From positions 4,873,951 to 4,937,950 of the forward strand of contig CM119265.1 in assembly GCA_051294375.1 (NCBI GenBank): a stretch of 64,000 nucleotides of DNA, in the 5' to 3' direction. The number at the start of each line of letters is the position of its first letter. Position 1 is the first letter of the stretch. Both the position numbers and the translations under genes were made by a program. Positions 51,382 to 64,000 of this stretch are shown here, piece after piece. The notes under the pieces are model-generated. The model was not told where the DNA came from. It searched no databases and was given only the letters and a program-made list of their open reading frames with translations. The stretch is from Paraspadella gotoi (Eukaryota; Animalia; Chaetognatha).

Positions 51382-54300
51382 AGGAGCGTCGCTGAGCCAA
51401 GAGTTTCGTTATAAAAGTTATAGTTTTGCTCCCAAAGAGGCGAAGACCAAAAATCCCCGGATTGTCTTCCCTCGAGAGAAGACCAACCGAGTTTAGCCTT
51501 TTGTTCGCTTAAGATGAAACCAATTACGCGCAAGGAGATTCTGCGCGCAACTGAATGCATCTTTAGCAAAAATCTCACGAAATTTTGTCCCAAGGAAAAG
51601 AAAAATGTCGAAATATAAAATTTTCGAGGGGCGGTGTTCATCGGGAAGGGGCGCTGTCTCTATCTCATGATCTCTTTCTTTCTTTATCGCTCTCTCTCTC
51701 TNNNNNNNNNNNNNNNNNNNNNNNNNNNNNNNNNNNNNNNNNNNNNNNNNNNNNNNNNNNNNNNNNNNNNNNNNNNNNNNNNNNNNNNNNNNNNNNNNNN
51801 NNNNNNNNNNNNNNNNNNNNNNNNNNNNNNNNNNNNNNNNNNNNNNNNNNNNNNNNNNNNNNNNNNNNNNNNNNNNNNNNNNNNNNNNNNNNNNNNNNNN
51901 NNNNNNNNNNNNNNNNNNNNNNNNNNNNNNNNNNNNNNNNNNNNNNNNGGAAAGAAAAAATCAGGAGGAAGAAAAATGTTTGGAGCGGTTTTCTCTTACA
52001 TGAGCTTGACTTGGGAGAGTTTTGAAGGGAAGTTCACCACGCATCCTCAGCGCTCCACCCTCCGATCGCAGCCGTTAAGACCGAGTAACGAATAGTCAAC
52101 ATCCCACATATTACTCAACCATAATCCTTCAAGGCCACGATAGCGCTCCGATAAGCTACACCCCTAGTAATGGTCTTGCTGCAACCTAACGACCGGCCGC
52201 GGAACCCCACCCTCTATGCTACGCCTGCCCATACCTGTTAATTTAGAGCGCTACCCTACACAAGCCTCTCTGTTCTCTCGCACGTACTGACCTGACACTG
52301 TCATAATCCTCGTGTCCTCTCCGTCATGCTCCCCTGAAATTAGTCAGCCGGTGTCCCCACAGTTTGTCTATGCGCGCCCCCATGCTCTGTACTGTAGTGC
52401 CTCACCCTACCTGCAGAATGAGGCTCCAATCCACTATTATACCACATCGTCGCCGTGGCACCCTCCATCGACACGTCATTCCCCTAGCCCTCTTGTACAG
52501 ACCCAGTCCTGCTCCCTTCCCCCTCGCGTTCCGGTAATGAACTCACGAGCCTTATAATGTATGCTTTAATGCTCTCGGAAAGCCCGCACGCCGGCGTGGG
52601 GAATCTAACTCCCACCTTCCTTATCGCCCAAGCCCGCCTCGACTCCCCCACGTAATACTTGAACGACTCTTCCCAGCTAGTGCGGTGCTTGTCGTCATCC
52701 ATTATGCCTAGAGTCAATGCCGATCGCCTCCGCACAAACACCTTGGCAACGGACGATACTACTCTAACCACGCCGCTCGACATGTAAACAACCGATGTAC
52801 GGAACCGTGCCCGCGGAATATCAGTCAGTCCACCTGGGAGCAAACGGGAAGTCTGTTAGACCCTGTCTAGCGAGCTCTCAGATTCGTGTGCCTCGTACAA
52901 GGCATCACCGTTCTCCACCCAATCTTGATAAACCTTGTCACCTCCAGACGAACGCGCCTGGCGAACATTGCAGCCTTGTTACGCTGACCGCTATCCCTGC
53001 CGCCGACTCACGCTTTGCTAGCTGCGAGTACCGACTCGGGTCTCCCTGTGCCTGACGGCCGCTCCTTCGTCATGTGTCTTCGCAGCAGTATCGTCTGGTC
53101 CTCTAGCTTCTCAATGCACCGTGCATGCTTGGTGATCGCCTCGCAGCGTCGCTACTCTGCGAGTTATTCCTACATTCATCCAATTTACATCCGTCCTGAA
53201 ATGCGAAGCCCCTTCGCCATATTGTGCATATACATTTCAGATAAACAACACCCAATATGGCTCCTACTATGCCCAGCAATCAACACTCGAGCCGTTTCTT
53301 CAATGGCAGATGGAGTTGAAAAGTGGTAAGGAATCGCTATCCCTACAGGGTACTCCTAGCGGTGTGAGGCCCGCTCCCACAAAATATACTGGTCAACTGT
53401 CGGTTTTTCTCTCGGTGCCCTTTTGACNNNNNNNNNNNNNNNNNNNNNNNNNGAGAGAGAGAGAGAGACACTCGCTTCTGAATTCGAAATGAGCTCGGGA
53501 TTGAAATGAGGAGGTATGAATGACGGGAGAAAGTTGAAAATGAGAAGATGAAACGAGGAAACGAGGAAAGGAGAAAAGGAGAAGCGATCATCTGAGGTGG
53601 AGGAAATTCAGAAAGAAAAAAAATCCGGAGTCAAAAATTTCAGAATGGAAGATGGAAAGGATGGCAAAAAAATCACGTCAGGATTTCGGTTCCATCTCTC
53701 CGTTCCATTGCCATCTTCTCCCCCCCGCCCAAAAAAAAGAATGATAGGCAATCAAAGTGAGGATGAAAAAATAAACGAAAGAAAAAAAACTAAGTGTAAT
53801 AAAACAAAAGAGGATTTTCATTTGTATTTTATCGTTAGAACGGTTGACGCTGAAATGAGGCCATTTTCTTCTTTTTTTTTCCAATCCGCCAGATGGCTGT
53901 CTCATTTTCTTATTTTTTTTNNNNNNNNNNNNNNNNNNNNNNNNNNNNNNNNNNNNNNNNNNNNNNNNNNNNNNNNNNNNNNNNNNNNNNNNNNNNNNNN
54001 NNNNNNNNNNNNNNNNNNNNNNNNNNNNNNNNNNNNNNNNNNNNNNNNNNNNNNNNNNNNNNNNNNNNNNNNNNNNNNNNNNNNNNNNNNNNNNNNNNNN
54101 NNNNNNNNNNNNNNNNNNNNNNNNNNNNNNNNNNNNNNNNNNNNNNNNNNNNNTTGAGTGCAAAACATAAACAAAGACAAACGGAGGAACCGGAAGAAGA
54201 GAAAGAAAGAAAAAAAAAGAGGAAAGAAAATTAGAATGAGAAAATGGAGGCAGTAAGAAGGATGAAAAAGAGGAAAGACCAAAAAAATGAAATTGAAGGA

Positions 54301-54513
54301 AACTATATTGTAGAGAAGATAGTGAAAAAAACGTAAAGAAAAAAGAAAAGAAAGGAAATATGATAGAGAAAAAAAGGGAGAAAAGTTGAATAAGATAAAA
54401 GGAAAGAGAGGAACCGGAAGTCAATAAGGGACGACACACGCGGGTTTTGATCCTTGGGAGAAATCCGGAGGGAGACTCCCTTATCCCCTTTCCGAACCCA
54501 GCGCCCTCTCGAC

Positions 54514-54756
54514 TCATCCCTTCTGTCGACGGGGAAAAATTGCGGAATCCGGTGCATGCATCTTAGCAGGCGGAGAAGATGATGCTGACGACGACGACGA
54601 TGACAACGACGAAGACGGCACATTATTTTTCGCCATCTCGCGACGAAGAGGGTCTTTGAGTGGAGAAAAATCATGGCCCATGAAATTCGAATGACAATCA
54701 TGATCATGTGGATGTGGCGATGAGGATGAAGACGACGACGAAGGTGAAGAAAGAAC
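54514..54756 (-). CDS. Candidate Ser-rich exon (80 codons + stop), not in the ORF track
   Basis: After gactaaaaaaactcacAG the frame reads VLSSPSSSSSSSSPHPHDHDCHSNFMGHDFSPLKDPLRREMAKNNVPSSSLSSSSSASSSPPAKMHAPDSAIFPRRQKG*. Both Ser runs share one frame and use mixed TCN codons. The opposite-strand acidic frame contains stops. Confidence 0.4.
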   Translation of the reverse strand, partial: VLSSPSSSSSSSSPHPHDHDCHSNFMGHDFSPLKDPLRREMAKNNVPSSSLSSSSSSASSSPPAKMHAPDSAIFPRRQKG

Positions 54757-54876
54757 CTGTGAGTTTTTTTAGTCGAAAGATGCCTGAGGAAACGAGAATA
54801 TTTTTATTGCATTTCGCTGATGATCTCCAATGCCATCCAAAGAATTTCAAAGATCCATATAACACGCTGGTAACTG

Positions 54877-54910
<34 letters not shown>

Positions 54911-55231
54911 NNNNNNNNNNNNNNNNNNNNNNNNNNNNNNNNNNNNNNNNNNNNNNNNNNNNNNNNNNNNNNNNNNNNNNNNNNNNNNNNNNNNNNNNNN
55001 NNNNNNNNNNNNNNNNNNNNNNNNNNNNNNNNNNNNNNNNNNNNNNNNNNNNNNNNNNNNNNNNNNNNNNNNNNNNNNNNNNNNNNNNNNNNNNNNNNNN
55101 NNNNNNNNNNNNNNNNNNNNNNNNNNNNNNNNNNNNNNNNNNNNNNNNNNNNNNNNNNNNNNNNNNNNNNNNNNNNNNNNNNNNNNNNNNNNNNNNNNNN
55201 NNNNNNNNNNNNNNNNNNNNNNNNNNNNNNN

Positions 55232-55365
55232 AAAAAAAAAAAGTTCGCCTCGGGGTTCTTCTCCTCATTTTGCAACTTTTATGATCTAATCTGGTTTCGT
55301 CGCTCGATGCTCTGGCCTCGTTCCGCGCCGCCGCTGCCGCCGCGGCAGCCACCGGGGCCAACCGC
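55232..55365 (-). CDS. Candidate poly-Ala exon fragment (strand ambiguous)
   Basis: The mixed-codon GCN run reads as Ala on both strands. The minus strand has a (CT)n tract + CAG acceptor (55368-55366) and stays open to the gap (RLAPVAAAAAAAARNEARASSDETRLDHK). Confidence 0.25.
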
Positions 55366-58300
55366 CTGAGCCGCGAGGTACGAGAGAGAGAGAGAGTGGA
55401 TGGCGGTGGGGTGAGGTGTCATTATTGCACAGGCGCTGAGAAGTAAGAAGGGGGTTCGATCGAAGAAGTTTGGTGATTTTAAGCGACTCGGGCGAGTTCG
55501 CGCGCCGCTTCTTTTACGATTCTTCTTTCCCCGGGTAAGGAGGAAACGAAGAAGCCGTTGCTGCCCATAAAACTCCAAGGTAAGGTTTTTCCTTCGCCCG
55601 ACGAGAACCGAGAAGACTCGTTCTCGGTTTTAAACGCAATTTCCGTGAGACGTCGAACGAGAGAGAGTAACGAAAGTAACGATTCGATCGGCGGGATGGA
55701 GAAAGCGATTGGAATTTGATGGAGTGATGGAGTTTTTGGGATGGAGTTGGCGGAATGTTCTGGGGTTTGGTGAGGAATGACGAACTAAGGGGCCGAGACG
55801 AAGGCATATACGTTTTTTTTTTTAAATCCGACTTCGCAGTGAATGAACCCGAAACTCCGCTAATGAGCATTTTTCTCATTCTCATTTATCCTCATTTTTT
55901 TCCTCTCGCTCTTTGTGTCGCTCCCTTTCACCCGTTCTTTCTTTTCAGGACATTCCTCCCTCGGTGAAACCTTACNNNNNNNNNNNNNNNNNNNNNNNNN
56001 NNNNNNNNNNNNNNNNNNNNNNNNNNNNNNNNNNNNNNNNNNNNNNNNNNNNNNNNNNNNNNNNNNNNNNNNNNNNNNNNNNNNNNNNNNNNNNNNNNNN
56101 NNNNNNNNNNNNNNNNNNNNNNNNNNNNNNNNNNNNNNNNNNNNNNNNNNNNNNNNNNNNNNNNNCGTCGTCGTCGTCGTCGTCGTCGTCGCGATGATTT
56201 ATGTCGGCCGAGTCGTGAAGTCACGCGCGATAATTCATCCGGTTCGTCAAACTCGCGCACCTGTTGACGGGGCCTGTGGGGATGGCCACGCCCATCGATG
56301 GGAGACCTAGAGATGAAGTTATGGGCGACGACAGGAGATTAAATATGTTATTGTGAAACTTGTGATGAATCGAGAGAAGATTTGATTTCGTCACGTGATC
56401 TCGCGAGTCTTCAGCTCCTTTTTTTTCCCCCTTATTTTTGTTATTATGTTTAAATCGTTTAGTTTTCGTTTCTTTTAACTTTTTCTCCCACTTTTCTCCT
56501 TTTTTTTTCTTCCAGAAATCTCCTTCCCGTCATAAATCCAAATTTGAGCCACTTTCTCTTCGGCCCGTGTTTACCTGTAATTTCATCGGCCTTCGTTTTG
56601 ATTAACTGCTCCCCAGGCAGCCATTCCGTTCCCGCCAACTCTGATTCGCTTTCTCTCTCNNNNNNNNNNNNNNNNNNNNNNNNNNNNNNNNNNNNNNNNN
56701 NNNNNNNNNNNNNNNNNNNNNNNNNNNNNNNNNNNNNNNNNNNNNNNNNNNNNNNNNNNNNNNNNNNNNNNNNNNNNNNNNNNNNNNNNNNNNNNNNNNN
56801 NNNNNNNNNNNNNNNNNNNNNNNNNNNNNNNNNNNNNNNNNNNNNNNNNNNNNNNNNNNNNNNNNNNNNCTAATTTTGACGCCGATCGACGCGTCTTTTA
56901 ATCGACGCCATTTTTCCCGAATCAACGCGGCTTCATCCATCAACGCGCCGAAATTTGCTCTCCGGCGCCAACGCGCGCCAATCAACGCCAGTTCCGGTTC
57001 TCGGCCACTTCCGGTCCAACCTTCCGCTTCGCCGATTTTCCCGGGTTTTCGGCGTCTTCCGGCCAACGTGGAACCAATTTCCGCTTTGTCTGGTTTTATT
57101 GGTGGGAAGAGGAGAGAGGGGATAAGACGGTGAAATGGAGGGAGAGAGATAGACAAAGACAGAAAGATTGGTAGGGGATAGAAACTTTCTCTTTTTTTTG
57201 TTATTTTCTGTACTTGTAATTAGCCTTCGGCGCGGTTGTTTAATTTTCGAGTAGCGTTCTAATGGACTCCGAAACTCCCGCTGATTGACTGGAGCGAATT
57301 CGAAGCATTTTACTTCAAGTTAAATAATTCTTTTCTTTTTGTTAGTGTTTTGGTTCTTTTTTTTTATCTTTTTAATGCAAGTCCCAAAAGTCATTGGTTT
57401 AAAACTTTTATGATATATCGAATAAACTATCTATCCGGAGATTTTTCCCCAAATCGAAAGTGAAATAAAATGTTAGAAACATTTTTTANNNNNNNNNNNN
57501 NNNNNNNNNNNNNNNNNNNNNNNNNNNNNNNNNNNNNNNNNNNNNNNNNNNNNNNNNNNNNNNNNNNNNNNNNNNNNNNNNNNNNNNNNNNNNNNNNNNN
57601 NNNNNNNNNNNNNNNNNNNNNNNNNNNNNNNNNNNNNNNNNNNNNNNNNNNNNNNNNNNNTTGACGGGAAGAGAAAGAACGATGACGTTTGGGTGAGGGG
57701 GAAATGATCGAGGTGGACAGGTTTGGGTGGGTGAGGTAAGGCTAAAACTAAACGCTGCAGAGGTTTACATAAGAAATGGGGTTTCATCGCGTGAAAAGCG
57801 AACAAAGAAAACAAAGAANNNNNNNNNNNNNNNNNNNNNNNNNNNNNNNNNNNNNNNNNNNNNNNNNNNNNNNNNNNNNNNNNNNNNNNNNNNNNNNNNN
57901 NNNNNNNNNNNNNNNNNNNNNNNNNNNNNNNNNNNNNNNNNNNNNNNNNNNNNNNNNNNNNNNNNNNNNNNNNNNNNNNNNNNNNNNNNNNNNNNNNNNN
58001 NNNNNNNNNNNNNNNNNNNNNNNNNNNNNNNNNNNNNNNNNNNNNNNNNNNNNNNNNNNNNNNNNAGGCCTTCAGTTTCTGGAGTTGTATGGGGTTTCGG
58101 CCTTTGTTCGCCGCCATGTTGACATTTTCTAAATCTCGGTTTCCATGGAGGAAAAAAAAACGCAGGGGGAAAAACACGAGCGAACAAAGAAAGGAGAGGG
58201 GATGGATGGAGAGGAGGGGGGAGGTAGGGGGTGGAGGAGGGAGAAGGGGTGGGGAGAGGGAGAAAGGAGGAGGAAGAGGAGGAAAAGACGCGTGAGAAGA

Positions 58301-58396
58301 GACTTGGGACTAGAAAAAAAAGAAGAGAAATATCGACTCGACGATTTCGTCCTTCTCCGGGCGTCGACGTGGCATTTCGCCCTTGGTTGTCGTCGT

Positions 58397-58435
<39 letters not shown>

Positions 58436-59562
58436 TGCCAGAGAGACCGATTCATGCTTGCGAAGCGACCGAAGCGAAAGACGTTGCTAAGGGAATCGCG
58501 TTACCATGGAAACGAACTTTGTTTCTGGGGGGAATTCATTTCCGGCGTAGGCGACGGAGCGGCATCTATGCGGCGTCGGTTCCAACGGGCGGCGCCAGGA
58601 GAAGGCGGCGTCAACGGCGGCGGCGGCGTCGTGTCGACGCATTTCGCGCGCCCGTCGTCAGATTTTTTTTTCCTCTCTTTTTTATTTTTTGTTTATTTTT
58701 ATTTATTCCTTTTTATTCTTTTTTTCTGATCTCCTTTCTTTGCTTACCGTCATTTATTTATTTTTCTCTTTCTTTTGTCAACAAACTTTTTCATTTTGCT
58801 TCACCGCCTCCGGTCCACATATTTCGCTTTCTTGCTTGCTTGCTCGCTTGCAAGCTTGCTTATTTCTTTTCTTCTTTCCTTCTTTGTTTTTTTTTTGGCT
58901 TCTCAATTCTTTTTCACCCGAAGCTACGGGGACCGAAATGTTAGTTTAGATGCAAAAAATTTCGTGTGCGCGAGTCTTGTTCTTTTGTCGAAGTCTCCTT
59001 GGAGAGAGGACCAGAGGCGACATCTGACCTCTCATCCGATTAGACGCCGAAAGATAGAGACATAGAAAGAGAGATACATACAAGTGTTTCTTGGCTAAAA
59101 ATATCTTTTGGGAAATATAAACGCATTAATACAATTAATGCAAAAATGTTGCTCCATGTTTAGTTTTTTTCGTTTGACCCCGAGTTCACCTGGCTTGTTT
59201 TGTTTGTTTTTTTTGTTTTTTTCTTCCTGAGGTGAGGCTGGGTTATTTTCCACGGCTTTGTGGAGTCGTCGTCGTCGTCGTCGTCGTTGCTTCTCGTGTT
59301 ATGGTTGTCATCTTTCGCTCATTGTTGTCTCGTCTCATTCAATAACCGCACGAAAGGCTATGCAATGCAAGACGCATTTCGCCAGAACATTTTTTTTTCT
59401 TTTTTAGGTTTCTCTTTATTTTATTTTATTTTTTTTTTTGTTGCTTCATTTTTTTTCCCTTCCTTTTCTTTTGATTCGAAGTTTCCCTTTTTTCTTTTAG
59501 AATTTTTGCCGCTGCCTGCATCTGAAAAGAATCTCTCTCTCTCTCTCTCTTCTCCTTCTTCT

Positions 59563-59596
<34 letters not shown>

Positions 59597-59632
59597 TCTC
59601 TCTCTGCATTTCCTGTCCCCCCTCACTTCTCC

Positions 59633-59848
59633 CTAAACCTTTTTTCCTCCCCTTCCTTCCATTCTTTTGAGAAAGCTCATGCATTAAAGGCTTCGGTTTT
59701 CCGGATCCCGCGTTTATTTTGCTTGTACACTCCCTTTCTCAATTTAAATGCTGGCCTACCCCTCCATGAGAATTCCGCGCAATTGCCTCTCCACTTGCCT
59801 CTCTCTCTTCCTCTCTTCTCTCTCTCGCTCTCTCTCTCGTCTCTCTCT

Positions 59849-59894
<46 letters not shown>

Positions 59895-62815
59895 TCTCTC
59901 TTCAGTTAAAATCTCTCAGCCTTTACCCGTCGATTGAAATTCACTTCTGATCGGATTCCGAGCTCAAGCTGAATTTCAGAGTCGTCGTCATCCGTACGTA
60001 CGATCATTCGTCACTCGTCCGTATATTCGTATCTTTATCGTTAGTTTTCATCGTCTATTCATTCTCCTCGTCGCCGATCTTCCCTCACCCCCACACCTCA
60101 CCTTCCCCTCTGGAAAACCATCACCGTATCCGTTTCGACGCGATTTAACCTTCGCCATTTAGCGCCCTCTGCGGTTCACACTTCTTTCACGGACCGCCGC
60201 TCTCTCACGCGAGAGAGAGCGCTCGCGTTTACCCCATCGCCCTCGGATGACCGGGCCGGCGGGAGGCGAGATGATTCTTTCAAAACCGCGACCAATTTAT
60301 CAAACTCCGCCCCCCACTTTGCGGTTACGCGCACGAATGCTTAGCGAACAGAGAGAGAGAGAAGAGGAGAGAGAGAGAGAGATGAGAGAAGAGAGAGAGA
60401 GACGAGAAGAGAGAGAGAGAGAGAAGAGAGATGAGAGGAGAGAGGAGGAGGAGCGAAGAGAGAGGAAGTCGCCGCGTTTCCCGGAAAAAATAGAAGATGA
60501 ACATGATTTTCCTGATTTGTACCGAAAGCAGAGAGGAAGAGGAGAGAGCAGAGAGGAGAAGAGAGAGAGAGAGAAGATCGCGAGAGACGCCTAGGAAGGG
60601 GGATACTCTGACATCGCAGGACTGTTTTGTAGATCATGGAATTCTCCGGCGCATTGCCTTGAGAGATGCGAGTAGAGAGAGAGAACGAGAGAGAGGAGTG
60701 AGAGAGAGAGAGAGAGATAATGGAAATAGATGAGGAAAAATATGACAAAAATAGCCCGTAGGGTTAAAGCCGACAAAAAAAAAACTGATTGAAAATTGAT
60801 TAACCTTTTGAACAAAAATACCGCGGGGACTTATAAGTGAGGTTGGGTTCATGACGAATTCACGACAACAAACGATCGTTCCACCTTTTTATTTAAATGT
60901 TTTATACTTTAAAATCTTAAATTCCGGTGAAACTCAATCAATGTGTTAACGACTCTTAATAACCTTCAATATTTCTCCTTTCCCCCCGCCCCCTTTCCAC
61001 TTTAGTATTGACCTTTCACTGACTTTCACTCGCTTGATCTCTGTCATCGACTGAGCCGACCAGGTAAGAAAAAAAATATCTTCTTATTTTCGCTTCGAAA
61101 TGATTTTTTTTTTTTCGCGGTGTGCATGAGTCGACGAAAACTTGAAGTCGAGACGCTATAGAAACATAAGAGAAAAAAAAGTAGGAAAAATTAAGAGAAG
61201 TACCACGATTCCCCCAGTTCTTTCCTTTTAGCTCAATCTTTTTGTTAGATTTTCAAGTAATCTTATATTAAAAACTTTCCCTTTCTCCTCATCAGTTCAT
61301 TCATAAAGTTCGTTTTTCGTCCCTTAAATTGTTTTTCCTGTATGCCATCCCCCCTTGCGAATTTATCCCAAAATTGTTGATCTAAATTTCTTTGTCTAAT
61401 AATTGCCTTTTTGATGCAAGTACTTGGAAACTTGCGAAAATAAGATAATTTGAATCCATTAAACTGTGTTATCCAAGCATTAAAGAGAACATTTTTACAT
61501 TCTTACTTCTAATAACCCTCTTTTCCCCGCTGTCACCCCTCCCATCTCGCCCCTCCTCCCTCACAACCCCAATATTTCTCTTTTCAAACCGATTCTTTCT
61601 TTTCAATTCGTATCTCTCTCTCATTCTCTCTCTTCTCGTCTCTCTCTTCTCTCTCTCTCTTCTCTCTCTTCTCNNNNNNNNNNNNNNNNNNNNNNNNNCC
61701 TAACCTTTTTTCCTCTCCCTTCCTTCTCATTCTTTGTGAGAAACTCATGCATTTAAAAGGCTTCGGGTTTCCGGATNNNNNNNNNNGTTTCGACGCGATT
61801 TACCTTCGCCTTAGCGCCCTCTGCGGTTCACACTCTCTCACGACCGCCCTCTCTCCACGCGAGAGAGAGCGCTCGCGTTCCCCACGCCCTCTGCCGGNNN
61901 NNNNNNNNNNNNNNNNNNNNNNNNNNNNNNNNNNNNNNNNNNNNNNNNNNNNNNNNNNNNNNNNNNNNNNNNNNNNNNNNNNNNNNNNNNNNNNNNNNNN
62001 NNNNNNNNNNNNNNNNNNNNNNNNNNNNNNNNNNNNNNNNNNNNNNNNNNNNNNNNNNNNNNNNNNNNNNNNNNNNNNNNNNNNNNNNNNNNNNNNNNNN
62101 NNNNNNNNNNNNNNNNNNNNNNNNNNNNNNNNNNNNNNNNNNNNNNNNNNNNNNNNNNNNNNNAAATGGAAATAGATGAGGAAAATATGACAAAAATAGC
62201 AGGGTTAAAGCGAAAAAAAAAATGATTGAAGAGTTATTAACCTTTGAAAAATACCCGGGATTATAATGAGGTTGGGGTTATGATGACTACGACAACAACG
62301 ATGTTCACCTTTTTATAAATGTTATATTTAAAATCTAAATTCGTGAACTCATAATGGTTACGATTCTTAATAACCTTCAATTTTCTCCTTTCCCCCCCCN
62401 NNNNNNNNNNNNNNNNNNNNNNNNNNNNNNNNNNNNNNNNNNNNNNNNNNNNNNNNNNNNNNNNNNNNNNNNNNNNNNNNNNNNNNNNNNNNNNNNNNNN
62501 NNNNNNNNNNNNNNNNNNNNNNNNNNNNNNNNNNNNNNNNNNNNNNNNNNNNNNNNNNNNNNNNNNNNNNNNNNNNNNNNNNNNNNNNNNNNNNNNNNNN
62601 NNNNNNNNNNNNNNNNNNNNNNNNNNNNNNNNNNNNNNNNNNNNNNNNNNNNNNNNNNNNNNNNNNNNNNNNNNNNNNNNNNNNNNNNAATTTTAATAAA
62701 CTTTCCCTTTCTCCTCATCAGTCAATTCATAGGTTTTTTCGCCGCTTAAATTTTTTTCTGTATCCCTTCCCTTGCGAAATTTAATCAAAATTTGATTAAA
62801 TTTCTTTCTATATAA
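59633..62815 (+). repeat. Locus written twice: continuous 59633-61400 and gapped 61699-62815
   Basis: 59633-59706 ~ 61699-61776; 60132-60250 ~ 61787-61897; 60719-60987 ~ 62164-62399; 61265-61400 ~ 62690-62815. Confidence 0.9.
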
Positions 62816-64000
62816 TTGAAAAAAGGAGGAAAACCACTCCATGTTGTACACACAAGCTCTCTAAACAAGGCATTCCAGAGTTTGTTCTACCTCAATGGAT
62901 GCCAGTTTCCCGCCTGGACTGGATAACGCTGTACTCACCATCACCTTAATGCAGCCCTCCCTCCCACATACACCAAGCATCTTATTAGTATTACTTATTA
63001 TTTTGGTAAAATATTTGACTAAACCCTAAGTGCAAGAATAACGCCAGAATTAACGCCCGCATTTTCTCTTTTCAAACCAGATATTCTATCCCTTTTCAAT
63101 TCTATCTCGTCTCTCTCACCATTCTCTCGAAATCTTTCTTTTTTCTTTCTCTCTGATTCATGCCTTCGGGGCTCTCTCTGCCTCTCGCTCATCTCCCCTC
63201 TCTCTCATTCGCTCTCTTCTCTCTCTNNNNNNNNNNNNNNNNNNNNNNNNNCTCGTTCTTCGGTGAAAGAGAAGAAAATTCCGTCTCCTTTGTTGTTTTT
63301 ATCGATTTCTATAAATGTGAGATTATTTTTACAGCCGACGCTTCGCAACTGGCGAAGAGAGAAAACCCGCCTTGTATTTTTTATGTTGCGTCTCGTCAGC
63401 AGGGGAGGGGGACCCCTACCGAGCCCCAGCTGGTATCTCGGTGGCGCGAACCCAGCTGGGTGACGATACTTTAGCTACGTTCTATGAGCGTTGCGATCCG
63501 ATTCCACTGTCCCCTGGCAGATTTTCGGTTTACGCACCGAGGTCAGACCCAAGACGAGACGGCGCATGCGCAGGAATCTCGCCTTGGCCACGTATTGACC
63601 CTAAATCAACCCCGAGGTCACGACGGAATCAAAACGCGGCCTCTTCTTGTCAAGACCGAGACTTACCCTCTCGCCCCGAAAGAATGGTTGGCGTCGGAGA
63701 AGCGAAGATCCGACCCAACCCGCTCTCAACCATCCCGACCCCTCTCTCCGCTCTACCCCACTCCCGTCCCTCCCTCACCCCACGATTCCCCCACGCCCAT
63801 CATCGTTTTCTTGTTGTCGATGATGACGAGTCGGAAGAAGAAGAAGAAGAAAAAAAATTATCGCGGAATCGGGAGAAAGTTTTTTTTTCCTTTTCATTTT
63901 TTTTTCGAAGTGAGTTTCGTTCCATCCTCACCTCAAAATAGATTCCGTTCTCTTTTCCTTTTTATTTCTATCTTGTTTGATGGCTTGCTTGCTTGCTTGC

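Noticed and set aside
58145-58944. Overlapping ORFs around a (CCG)n run (poly-Pro/Arg/Ala)
   Set aside because: A pure trinucleotide repeat in GC-rich sequence, open in many frames, with no basis to choose one.
60160-60176. CTCF-like site (AGCGCCCTCTGCGG)
   Set aside because: Only the core matches; a single short motif in CpG-rich sequence is not sufficient.

Overview
Eukaryotic (probably animal) draft-scaffold window, not prokaryotic: AT-rich, CpG-rich, full of (CT)n/(GA)n and (CGT)n microsatellites, with many N gaps. Twelve gaps are exactly 25 N and are flanked by indel-laden sequence, the pattern of gap-filling with uncorrected long reads. Almost all ORFs in the supplied track are microsatellite noise. 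Much of the window is the same few loci written several times: 12.3-33.9 kb reduces to about 9 kb, 39.4-41.6 kb recurs at 49.1-51.4 kb, and 59.6-61.4 kb recurs at 61.7-62.8 kb. Comparing copies reveals real biology. (1) A frameshift-hidden, spliced minus-strand gene (~47.6 to ~44.2 kb) with five clear and one degenerate C2H2 zinc fingers, a 195-bp GT-AG intron, an E/K/R-rich exon and tandem GTCACGTGA(C/T) E-boxes upstream. (2) A 1.2-kb non-autonomous hAT-like transposon at 32129-33324 whose empty site is visible at 24176-24183; it carries a decayed Penelope-type minimal hammerhead ribozyme motif. (3) Two fold-back inversions that both turn at a (CT)n...(GA)n microsatellite pair. Several weaker candidate exons are listed at low confidence. 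I see no convincing novel multi-gene system, and most large-scale structure is best explained as assembly or library artefact.
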